Shown one piece after another: positions 31,450-40,201 of a DNA stretch of 64,000 nucleotides. The notes under the pieces were generated by a model. The model had not been told where the DNA came from and did no database searches. It was given only the letters and a program-made list of their open reading frames with translations. The position numbers were made by a program, and so were the translations under genes. Origin of the DNA: Pelagomonas calceolata. Taxonomy: Eukaryota. The stretch covers positions 1,364,001 through 1,428,000 of the forward strand of contig CAKKNE010000004.1 of assembly GCA_918797485.1 (NCBI GenBank). The letters run 5' to 3'. How positions within the stretch are numbered: the first letter of the stretch is position 1; every line of letters starts with the position of its first letter.

Positions 31450-32700
31450 TTACCGCGAGTACCCGGCGAGCTCCCTCCGAAAATCCCGCGTCCGCTCGTC
31501 GGCCTCGCGCGCCGCGGCGTCGGCCAGGGCTCTTGCCCGGGAGGCGGCGTCGCGCGCCGCGCGCGTCGCCGCTTTTTCGGCCTCCGCGGCCGTCACGGCA
31601 CCCACGACGGCCGCCAGTCTAATGACGTCGACCGGGGAGGCGTCCAAGAGCGCATCCAATGCTTTCTCCGCCAGGCGCTTGGCCAGGATGCGCATGGCTC
31701 GGCGCGGCGGCAACGAGCCCAGGTCGCTGCCGTCCACAACTAACATCTCCACGACGAGTGCGGGCCCGGGCGGCACGCCGCTCCCCGTCAGCACGAGTTC
31801 GACGCGATCGAAGGTCACTTCTCCTGATAAACATGCGGCGACCCACTGCGGCTTCTCCTCCACATCAGGCAAGGCCTTCTCGAGGCGCTCCAGTAAAGCC
31901 GCGCGCGCTTGTTGGGCGGCCCAGTCGCGCTTCTTGCGCACCTCGTCCTCGACCACACCTTTCGCGTAGCGCCCCGCATCTAACGCTTTCAAACCCAACT
32001 TCTCCAAGTCAGATGGCTTTGAGCGCGCCTGGTCCTCCCAGCTTTTTGTGGCCTCGACGGCCTTGGCGATGCCTCGCGCGCCGACGGCCCGCAGCTTGCC
32101 CCACAACCGCAACCCCTCGTCCCGCAGCTTCTCCGCGTCCTCCTGGGCCGTCTCAGAGAGCAGCCCGGGCGCCTCGCCCGCCCTTTCCAAAAAGTCGGAG
32201 GCCTCGTCGATGGTCTGGGGTACGACCTCCCAGTCCGTATCTTGGTCGTCGGGGTCGAACTTGGCTCGCTGCTTTTCATCCAGCAAAGCTATATTTAACA
32301 TACCCGTCTTGTGCCGCACGACGCAGACCTTGAGCAGGCGGACTCGGACCGACGTGATCACTAATCTCCGCTTCACGAGGAGCTTGGTAGAGAACGTACT
32401 AGAGACGTGCCGCGCGGCGACCATGTCCGTTGAGACGTCTTTGAAGCCCTCTGGCTGGTTTATTGATGAGGAGGCGATTTTGACCTCGCCGGGGAAAAGC
32501 GAAGATTCTAACTCATCGACTTTTGTCGCGCTCCCTAATCTTCGAGAAAGCTCCTTCACGAGATAGGCCCTACAGGCCTCGTCGACGGCGCCGAAGGCGT
32601 ATAACACAACTACGAGGCACGCGGCACCCGATAAAGCTCGGGCCGTCGCCTTGGCTGCGGCGTAGCTCGTGAGGGCGCAGGAGCGGACGGTGATGGGCAT
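31450..32700 (-). CDS. Hypothetical protein with N-terminal TM helix and AsmA/DUF748-like beta region
   Basis: 416-aa ORF; TM followed by SLFPGEVKI..INQPEGF..LVITSVRV..LNI pattern. Confidence 0.6.
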   Translation of the reverse strand: MPITVRSCALTSYAAAKATARALSGAACLVVVLYAFGAVDEACRAYLVKELSRRLGSATKVDELESSLFPGEVKIASSSINQPEGFKDVSTDMVAARHVSSTFSTKLLVKRRLVITSVRVRLLKVCVVRHKTGMLNIALLDEKQRAKFDPDDQDTDWEVVPQTIDEASDFLERAGEAPGLLSETAQEDAEKLRDEGLRLWGKLRAVGARGIAKAVEATKSWEDQARSKPSDLEKLGLKALDAGRYAKGVVEDEVRKKRDWAAQQARAALLERLEKALPDVEEKPQWVAACLSGEVTFDRVELVLTGSGVPPGPALVVEMLVVDGSDLGSLPPRRAMRILAKRLAEKALDALLDASPVDVIRLAAVVGAVTAAEAEKAATRAARDAASRARALADAAAREADERTRDFRRELAGYSR

Positions 32701-32957
32701 GGCTCTTGTGGTTTCTGCGTCGTCGGCCTTCGAGGCGCCGCGAAGTACGTATCCGGCCTATCGGAGCGTGCTCTTCGTGTGAGGTCCGGAGGGCCGATAT
32801 TCAAAAACTGCCGCTGTGGAGATGTGTCCCCTGGTGCTGGCGGTGGTTTCCGGCCTTCTGGCAGTACGAGGCGGGCCGAGTGCCGCAATCGAGTGCCGCA
32901 ATCGAGAACTGCTAGAAAACCCGCACATCTTTTTTATAAATGCTGTAAGCGTCGCGC

Positions 32958-33027
32958 TAGGTCTTCGAGTGCTCCGCCGCACCAAGAAAAACACCAATTC
33001 GCAGACGCCTGTTTTTTTGGAGTCTAG
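32958..33027 (+). repeat. Diverged direct repeat, copy A (partner 36333-36407)
   Basis: Exact blocks AGTGCTCCGCCGC and TTTTTTGGAGTCTAG shared in the same order and with similar spacing. Confidence 0.85.
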
Positions 33028-33145
33028 TGTCTTTCGTCTAAGGTTGGCTCCTGGAGCCTCCTTGTGCGCCGCGGCCCAAAAAGGAGAAGAAACGCGCAGC
33101 GCGCGCATAGAAGAAGGCCTCGACGCACCCGACGCAGCCCGGACG

Positions 33146-34475
33146 ATGCAGCAGGAAGCAGCCCCCACGGACGACGACGCCAGCCATTCGAGTGGCGGTG
33201 ATGTTGAGATGATGAAGGACGCGGCGCGCGACGACGACGACGACGCCGAGGAGGAGGAGGAGTACGAGGAGGAGGAGGAGGAGATGGACGACTTCGGGTC
33301 GGCCGCACACGAGCAGCTGCTCAAGCGCGACGAATTCGTCGGCCCCGATCGCCGCACCCCCGGCGTCTACGAGCCCCACGAGTTCTGTCCCTCCGTCGTG
33401 CACATGCCCTACCAGCGGCGCTGGGTGGTGATAAGACACCTCAAGGATTCTAGTGGTCGGCAGCGCCGCGTCGTCGTCTTCACGAGCAAGTACAAGCTCT
33501 CCAACGAAGAGAGCGAGAGGGGGGCGGAATACCGCGCGCTGCTCGCGTCTCGACCAGCGTCTACTTCTCTCGGAAACGCCACCGACGCGCCTCCTCGCAC
33601 GCAGGTCGGGCTTATCCGTCGAGCTCAAGCGGATTCGAGAGGCGGTGCAGGAGTTTGCCATGCGCGTCGACGAGGGCTACCGCCCGACGCAAGAGCAGTT
33701 CATCAAGCAGCTCCGCATCATGATGGGGGACGCGAAGCAGGTCGGCAAGGAAGAGATGCGCGAAAAAGTCGAAGAGGCCCTCAAGAAGGGTAGAAAAGTG
33801 AAGAGAAAGGGCCAGGTCTTCGTCGAATACCTCAACGAAGCGAAGGACACCAAGGGGAAGCCTGTTTCTTACGGGGAATTGGCGGAGATCATCATGACTC
33901 CAGTCGTCGCGGCGCTCTATCTGGGCAGCGATTTATATAAGGAGGAGGTGGCGAAAGCACGAATCGGCGTCCCGAGTATGGTAGTTCAGCTGGTGGTCAA
34001 CTAAATGATCGTGGCGTCCGTCCACACGCCTCGAAACTCGCCCGTCAGACCCCACGTCGACTCGACGCGCGCGTCGTGGCCTCGTGAAGTCATGGTCCGC
34101 TGTCCCTCGCAGATCCGCGCGGGCTTCTTCAGGCAGGAACGCCTGAGCCATAGAACGGTTTACGGCAATTATTTGGATTATGTGCGCGCATGGGGCAAGA
34201 AGAAGGGCCTCTATAGTAAAATGTTGAAGAAGGCGTATGGCAAGCGGCTCGATGACGAGACGCTCGAGAAGCTCGAGGGCTGGATGCAGACGGACCACCT
34301 GCTCGCGCCCATTTGCGACGACCCGCAAAATTTCTTCTTGATGTTCAGGACGCTGAACAACAAGTTTTCGTTCGAAAACTTGTTGGAGTTCAAGAAGGAG
34401 TTCACCGGCGCCGGCTGGGAGGGCGCCGTCGAGCTGGCGAATTCGGCGGTCCGTCTCCAGCTGGCCGCTCTTTAG
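33146..34475 (+). CDS. Acidic-N-terminus protein with a C-terminal HNH-like nuclease motif; introns ~33547-33604 and ~33950/33980-34112
   Basis: Three ORF pieces joinable at ..CACGCAG (33604) and ..CTCGCAG (34112); DHLLAP..DDPQNFFLM..LNNKF motif; second donor is ambiguous. Confidence 0.55.
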
Positions 34476-34538
34476 AGCGCTATATAGTGTATAAGAAATT
34501 GTAAGCTACTCGCCTTTGGCCGCGTGAGCCTCGCTGAG

Positions 34539-34716
34539 CACCGGGCCGCCATGACTCCGTTCGCTGGAAGGAGTCGTGGGTGGATCGGTGGCGCCGCCCG
34601 CGGAGGCGTCCGGAAGCGCACCGACTAACCTGGGATCCGCGGGACTACTCCCCGAGGGCTTTTTTTTATTGGTCATTAGACGGTCACGCGCCCTACCGGA
34701 AGGCTGCGGCCCGGTG
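34539..34716 (+). ncRNA. Candidate structured RNA (~180 nt) followed by a T-rich tract
   Basis: 11-bp closing stem, 9-bp and 6-bp inner stems, possible 8-bp loop pseudoknot; no known RNA family recognised. Confidence 0.3.
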
Positions 34717-34782
34717 TCTAACTTTTTTGTTTTTCTTCTTTTTGTTTCGTTTTTTCATTTTTTTTCAGGTAAAAGACAGGTT

Positions 34783-36210
34783 TCAAGACGACATTCGACA
34801 AAACCTCGCAGACGCACGCCATCGCGCCCCGAGTATTCTTGGACAAAACAGCACGTTCAGACACTGTCGATGGTCTCCGACAGAGGGCGTCTTAACAGTA
34901 CTCTCTACTTGCTCGCCGATCGGGAAGCGCGCGGTAGACGTCACTGTCACGAGCGGTGGCGTCCTCCAAGACGAGTCCGATGCCGTGGCCACGAGGCGCT
35001 CGCGGTGCATGGGGGCCGCCGGATTTCTCAAATCTAAATGATACCTGAGTTTGCTCAACATGCCACCAATATCCGTGCCCAAAGGCCACGTGTGTCCCGG
35101 GCAGAGCGCACACCGGACGTCAGTCTCGCGCACCTCGAACTGCCGCAACTCCTCGCCGTTCTCGGCGCTCTCGAAGCGGTTTCTAATCTCTCGACCATTG
35201 TTGTCACCGACGACGATGGTGCCGTCGATCCTCGCTTGGACGTAGTCCTTCGTCGAGCTCCTCAAGCGCTCGAGCGTCGCGGCGCAAAGTTCGGCCTCCT
35301 CGTCCGTCAACGTCGTCGGCTTTAATTCAGTAGGTCGCAAAACGACCACGGAGTCCTTCGTCGTCACCACTTCTCTGTGGCTGTTTCCGCGCTCAGTAAT
35401 GACGACGCCTCGATCATTCGGCCAGGGCGTCTTAACAGTACTCTCTACTTGCTCGCCGATCGGGAAGCGCGCGGTAGACGTCGCCGGCCGCACCACGGCG
35501 GCCTCGCGCCTCGCCACGTGGTGAGATCCTCTTGTAGCGGCACCGGCAGACGCGTGTGCCGCGCGCCTCGCCTCGCGCCTCGCCGCGTAGTTTCTGGCCG
35601 GCGCCGGCGCCGCAGCTTCGACTAGCGACGCCACGAAGTCAGAAGCCGGCGCCGCCACGGGCGGCGCCGCGTACGCACGCAGCGACTCGGAACTCCAGCC
35701 GGCGCTGGCATATCCCCGAGACACATCTAATTTCCAGACGCCGTCCGAGCCGCGCTCCCCGGTCCCGCACATGAAGAACTTGCCGAAGCTGTTCGTGCCC
35801 GAGCCTACAACGTCGCACTCTCCTTCTCCAGTTTTGTCGAACTGCAGCTGCATGGACTCCTCCATCTTATTGCTTTCGTTACCCGGCGCGTTGGCTTCTC
35901 TGAAATTATCATAGCGGCCTCTTACCGCCCATCCGTCCCACTGGCCGCTCGGCGGAACGTCGTGGAACGGCCCTACGCCGCGTCGGTGGTCGAAGTACCT
36001 CGCCTGAGCGCAGTCGGCGCCGCCGTCGTCGCGGTAGCCCCCCGTAATCACGATGCCGCGTTCCGTGCTGGCGGGATCTCTAAAATTGAGGGCCTCGCAC
36101 GCGACGCGCGCGCGGAGTTGGTAGAGGGGCCCGGCTTTGGGCTTTGCCACCTTCTCAGGTGTCCTGCCGCTGGGGACGCGCGGTCGCCGTCGGTTCGGAT
36201 TCAACGCCAT
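34783..36210 (-). CDS. Hypothetical mosaic protein (stramenopile PxSGxWxG..GxNxFGxF domain, KOW/SH3-like module, C2H2-like finger); probably 3'-truncated
   Basis: Long intronless ORF; second copy of the TSTARFPIGEQVESTVKTP module breaks off abruptly. Confidence 0.6.
   Translation of the reverse strand: MALNPNRRRPRVPSGRTPEKVAKPKAGPLYQLRARVACEALNFRDPASTERGIVITGGYRDDGGADCAQARYFDHRRGVGPFHDVPPSGQWDGWAVRGRYDNFREANAPGNESNKMEESMQLQFDKTGEGECDVVGSGTNSFGKFFMCGTGERGSDGVWKLDVSRGYASAGWSSESLRAYAAPPVAAPASDFVASLVEAAAPAPARNYAARREARRAAHASAGAATRGSHHVARREAAVVRPATSTARFPIGEQVESTVKTPWPNDRGVVITERGNSHREVVTTKDSVVVLRPTELKPTTLTDEEAELCAATLERLRSSTKDYVQARIDGTIVVGDNNGREIRNRFESAENGEELRQFEVRETDVRCALCPGHTWPLGTDIGGMLSKLRYHLDLRNPAAPMHRERLVATASDSSWRTPPLVTVTSTARFPIGEQVESTVKTPSVGDHRQCLNVLFCPRILGARWRASARFCRMSS
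34884..35482. repeat. Exact 59-bp direct repeat (34884-34942 and 35424-35482)
   Basis: Identical AGGGCGTCTTAACAGTACTCTC..GGTAGACGTC copies 540 bp apart. Confidence 0.95.
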
Positions 36211-36332
36211 CGCACTCGCAAGCAGCGAACGATGCGCCGCCACCACCGCTGCGGCAGCCCTTACGCGGCAACAGTCCAAGACGCACAAGGTGCCTCCAAA
36301 CACCAAAACTAGTTGTTGTTAAAATTACACGG

Positions 36333-36407
36333 TAGGTTCTATAGTGCTCCGCCGCGCCAAGGAAACCACGAAAGCTGCTCGAGGACGCTTGCTTTTTTGG
36401 AGTCTAG
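36333..36407 (+). repeat. Diverged direct repeat, copy B
   Basis: Aligns with 32958-33027. Confidence 0.85.
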
Positions 36408-36563
36408 CATCCTTACCCGCTAGCTCCGAATAATAAACGCTCGACGCCGACGCCTACGCCCTCAGGAGCTGACATCTAAAGCCGAAGAGTCAACGGTGAT
36501 CGTTTCCGTGACTCCTGGCACCGGCTGCTTGCGACGCCTTGCTCCAAAACGATGTTGAGTGCA

Positions 36564-37067
36564 ATGTATGCGACCACCGCCCTGCGCACCACGCTGATGC
36601 GTCGAAGCTACAGCGCCGCAGCGGCCACCAATCATTGGCAGCGCTTCTGGGCCTGGACCCTGCAGCAGCGGCCGTCCTGGAAGGAGGACAAGGTCGAGGC
36701 CGCCGTCGCGTTTACGGTCTTCGGCGTCACGGGTAGTACGTCCGTGGCAGTGGTCCGGCCTACACTGAAACACGTCACGGGCATCGAGGGTTCGCTGAGG
36801 GAGGGGCCCAACTCCTACCGTGTCACGTCCATCTTAGCCGTGTCGCCGATCTACGCAACTCTACTGGTCACGTTCGGGACACTAGCCGGAAGGCACCGCT
36901 TCTTCGCGAACATGGCGCAGAAGATCTTCGGGCGGTTCCTGCCTTCTTTTTTTATGAATCGTATCTCGGCGACCTTCGCCTACTGCGTCCCGGGCAGCCG
37001 CGTGGCCGCGGCGAGGCCCGCATATCTCGTGCCGAATCTATTGTTGAGGGTGCCGCCCAGGCGGTAG
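36564..37067 (+). CDS. DUF6787-like membrane protein, likely mitochondrial
   Basis: Arg/Thr-rich leader; VFGVTGSTS..RP and SPIYATLLVTFGTLAGRHRFF motifs. Confidence 0.7.
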   Translation: MYATTALRTTLMRRSYSAAAATNHWQRFWAWTLQQRPSWKEDKVEAAVAFTVFGVTGSTSVAVVRPTLKHVTGIEGSLREGPNSYRVTSILAVSPIYATLLVTFGTLAGRHRFFANMAQKIFGRFLPSFFMNRISATFAYCVPGSRVAAARPAYLVPNLLLRVPPRR

Positions 37068-37077
37068 TAGTGTGTAG

Positions 37078-39813
37078 TTATTCATGTATCGAAACATACA
37101 AGGTTATGACATCACCACAGGCTGCGCCGGCCGCGGGCCGGACGGCGGATGGCGCGGTCGGCGATGGTCTCGCGCTTGTCGGCCGAGGCTTTTTGCGACG
37201 GCGAGCTTCTTGTCTGTCTACTGACGTGCCACCATCATGAACGCGTTTGGGCGGCTCGTGAACGGCGAGCGGGCGTTCCATCGGCGGCGGATCGTCGCCG
37301 CCGCACGCGACGAGCGGCGTCTGCGCGAGCGCCGCGCCGTGGTTCATCCCCGCGCCCGCGCGCCGCGCGCAGTCGGCGAGACCCCGCCGACCCTCAACAT
37401 CACGGCGCGCCGCGCTCGCGTCCGCGAGCGACGCGTCGAGCGCGGCGAGGCAGTTGAGCAGCGCCGTCGCCGCGGGGCACGCCCTGGGGCAGCGCGCCAG
37501 GGGATCGACGGATCTGAGGGGATCTACAGATCCGAGGAGCGCGAGCCTGGCCGCCTTGGCCGCCGGGCGCGTGCGCTGCGTTCGATGAAGACCGGGGTCC
37601 GCACGATGAAGCATGCACTCGCCGCAGTTCCACTTCTTGAACGCGATAGGAGTAGGACATCGATCGACGTCGCGGCCGAGGCGCAGTTGAATAATGCGCG
37701 CGAAGAGCGCGGCGTCGGTCGTCGCCGGGGGCCCGTAGTTTTGGCGGCCGTGCGCCTCGTATACACGACCGGCGCACTTCTCAACGTAGCCGAGGTCGCG
37801 ATTTGTGACGAACGTCGGCCACAAAAGCTCCTCGACCGCCTGGCCTTTATGTGGTATGACCCTGATGGCGGCGGCTTTGGATACGTCCCCCAGGACGCCG
37901 TCTTGGAGGACCCAGTCCGCAAATTCCAATGCAGCGGCCCTCGGATAAAAGCTCCCCTCGTGCTGCGCAAAACTCAGATGTCTTTGAGACCCGTTGGAGA
38001 TAGAGGACCACCAGGCGCCCGCCCAGCCCGCGAACTCTTGATGTTTCCTCAACTCACGCACGCTCTTCGCCCGTTCAGCGATTGCCGAGAAGTGGTGCGT
38101 CGCCACATACATTTCAAGGACGCCGCCACCGACAAACAAACGGCTCGAGCTCGCGAGGAGCATAACATGATCGAACGCGACGCCGATCGCCGCGGCGAAG
38201 CGGATATTTGACGCGTGCTGCCGCGTCACCATGCCGCAGCCGCTGCACATGGCCGCGCGCTCGGGGTTGACGACGATCCGGCTCGCGTTCCGGAGTCGGG
38301 CGTCCGAGTCGGCGGCGAGGTGGACGACGATGCTCGTCGTCGGGCGGGTGAAGGCGAGCAGGTTGCGCAGCGCGCCGTCGACGTAGCTCTGGCGCTCGAA
38401 GAAGAGCACGGAGATGAGCAGCGGCCCTTCCCGTCCTTTGTCGCAAGCGGCCGGTCGCGCCGCGAGTCGGCGCCGCGCGTCGGACGACGCGTTGAACGCG
38501 CGCCGGAGCCGCGCGCGCCACACCGCGAGATCCGCCCCGACCGCGAGGTTCCGCCGCTCCCCAGACGCCGCCGCATCCAGATCCGAGCCCGCGTAGGCGT
38601 AGAGCTGGGCACTCACAAAACGGCCGTCGGACGTCGTATACTCCGTGTATCGGTGTCTTCGTGTTCGCAGTGTCCGGCCCCAGACCCGTTCCGAGGCAGC
38701 GCACTCGACGACGCGCGGCCAGGCGTTCCGGTCGTGACGGCAGGTCGCGTAGCGGTCCGACTCGAAGTCCCGACACAAGCGCGTGTAGACGGACCGCGCG
38801 GGTTGGTGCGGGCCGAACGGCGGCAGTTGTGGCTCAATGCCTGGTGGCGTCTTAAGACCGGCCAGCGCCGTTAACGTGGCGAAGAGCCGCGCCGTCTCGA
38901 CGGGCGTTTCCACCACAGTGCGTCGGGGCACGCCCGGGCCTTTGAGGATGAGCGGCACGCGCAGCGAGTAGTCGAACAGCGTCTGCTTCGACCAGATGCC
39001 GTGGTCTCCTAGGTGCATGCCGTGGTCCGCCGTCACGGCCACGATGAGATTCGGTCGTTCGGCCGCGTCGAGGACGCGGCCCAGATACGCATCGGCGGTC
39101 GTGCAAGCTGCCGCGTAGGCCGCGCGGAACCGGCGGGCGAGGCGCGGCGCAAGCACCGTATGAGGTGTAGGGCACTTTCCCTTATTGCCGCGCCGCTTCG
39201 CCACGCGGCCAAAATTGTCACTCCACGAGACACGAGGCGCGTCGTGCGGGAAATTTGGAGAGGGTGGTAGCGGCTTCTCCTCGTAATGACGTTGAGCGTA
39301 CTCCCAGGGCGTATGCGGCCGTCTTAACCCAAGCGCGGCAAGGAACGGGCCCGTCTTATGGGAGCGTAATCTCTGGGAGAGCCACTTGGACGAATGCTCG
39401 TCTACTGTGCCAACAACAGGTGCACAGACGGGCTCGTTCCGTCTCTCGGACCTTGCATCACGACACTTCGTGCGTCTTTCATCAAAGGGCAGCGCGGCGG
39501 TCCAGGAGCCCCCAAGTAAACCGTCGAACACTTTCCCTGCTGAATAGGTAGAGTAGCCGCTTTCACGAAAATAGTGCGGCAGCGTTTTACCGGAGAGCGC
39601 TTCTACCGTCCGCGCTTCGTACCAGTGTGGTAGGAGCCGGCCCGTCAGCAGCATCGTCCGCGAGGGCGCGCAGACCGGGTAATTTGCTACGGCTAAAGTA
39701 TACGTCGTACCCTCCCGCGCGATGGCGTCGAGCCGAGGCATCTGTAGCGGAAGTGCCGACGAGTTCATGGTGCGTAAATCATCAAAGAGCACCAGCAGAA
39801 TGCTCGGCCGCAT
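37078..39813 (-). CDS. Formylglycine-type sulfatase (iduronate-2-sulfatase-like) fused to an unknown C-terminal domain
   Basis: RPSILLVLFDDLR, CAPSR..LLTGR (CxPxR), GKVF, RPHTP, ADHG.HLGDHG.WSK and RVPLI motifs. Confidence 0.9.
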   Translation of the reverse strand: MRPSILLVLFDDLRTMNSSALPLQMPRLDAIAREGTTYTLAVANYPVCAPSRTMLLTGRLLPHWYEARTVEALSGKTLPHYFRESGYSTYSAGKVFDGLLGGSWTAALPFDERRTKCRDARSERRNEPVCAPVVGTVDEHSSKWLSQRLRSHKTGPFLAALGLRRPHTPWEYAQRHYEEKPLPPSPNFPHDAPRVSWSDNFGRVAKRRGNKGKCPTPHTVLAPRLARRFRAAYAAACTTADAYLGRVLDAAERPNLIVAVTADHGMHLGDHGIWSKQTLFDYSLRVPLILKGPGVPRRTVVETPVETARLFATLTALAGLKTPPGIEPQLPPFGPHQPARSVYTRLCRDFESDRYATCRHDRNAWPRVVECAASERVWGRTLRTRRHRYTEYTTSDGRFVSAQLYAYAGSDLDAAASGERRNLAVGADLAVWRARLRRAFNASSDARRRLAARPAACDKGREGPLLISVLFFERQSYVDGALRNLLAFTRPTTSIVVHLAADSDARLRNASRIVVNPERAAMCSGCGMVTRQHASNIRFAAAIGVAFDHVMLLASSSRLFVGGGVLEMYVATHHFSAIAERAKSVRELRKHQEFAGWAGAWWSSISNGSQRHLSFAQHEGSFYPRAAALEFADWVLQDGVLGDVSKAAAIRVIPHKGQAVEELLWPTFVTNRDLGYVEKCAGRVYEAHGRQNYGPPATTDAALFARIIQLRLGRDVDRCPTPIAFKKWNCGECMLHRADPGLHRTQRTRPAAKAARLALLGSVDPLRSVDPLARCPRACPAATALLNCLAALDASLADASAARRDVEGRRGLADCARRAGAGMNHGAALAQTPLVACGGDDPPPMERPLAVHEPPKRVHDGGTSVDRQEARRRKKPRPTSARPSPTAPSAVRPAAGAACGDVITLYVSIHE

Positions 39814-40201
39814 CGCTACGTCGCGCCGGCGGCGTGCATGCTGCTACGAGGCACTGGAGGCTGCCCCGGTCCTAGTGCTCGGTTGGGGCTTGCTGTGCTG
39901 CACACCGCATGGCTGGGTCTGCGGTGGTCCGGTGGCAGCTTTTGTGGCCCACAGACTGCCACAGATGTCAAGTCAGCAAGTCTTAGACACCGATGATCCG
40001 ATGTAAATGAGCTAGTATGCTGATACGCTAGGTCAGCTCGGCCGAAGAAAAGACGCGAGGCCGCCAGCATTTCTCCTTTATGCGGCTGCGTAACGCGTGC
40101 TCACAGCGCGCACAGCTCCCAGAGTTCGGACGCAACCATCGCCTAGACGCGAACAGCAACCACCCCAGCCAGGAGCTGGAGGAGTGCATTCTATTAATAT
40201 C

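Noticed and set aside
34539..34716. Telomerase RNA, U3, SRP or RNase P/MRP
   Set aside because: Only CTAACC is present, not a full telomere template, and none of the conserved boxes of the other RNAs were seen.
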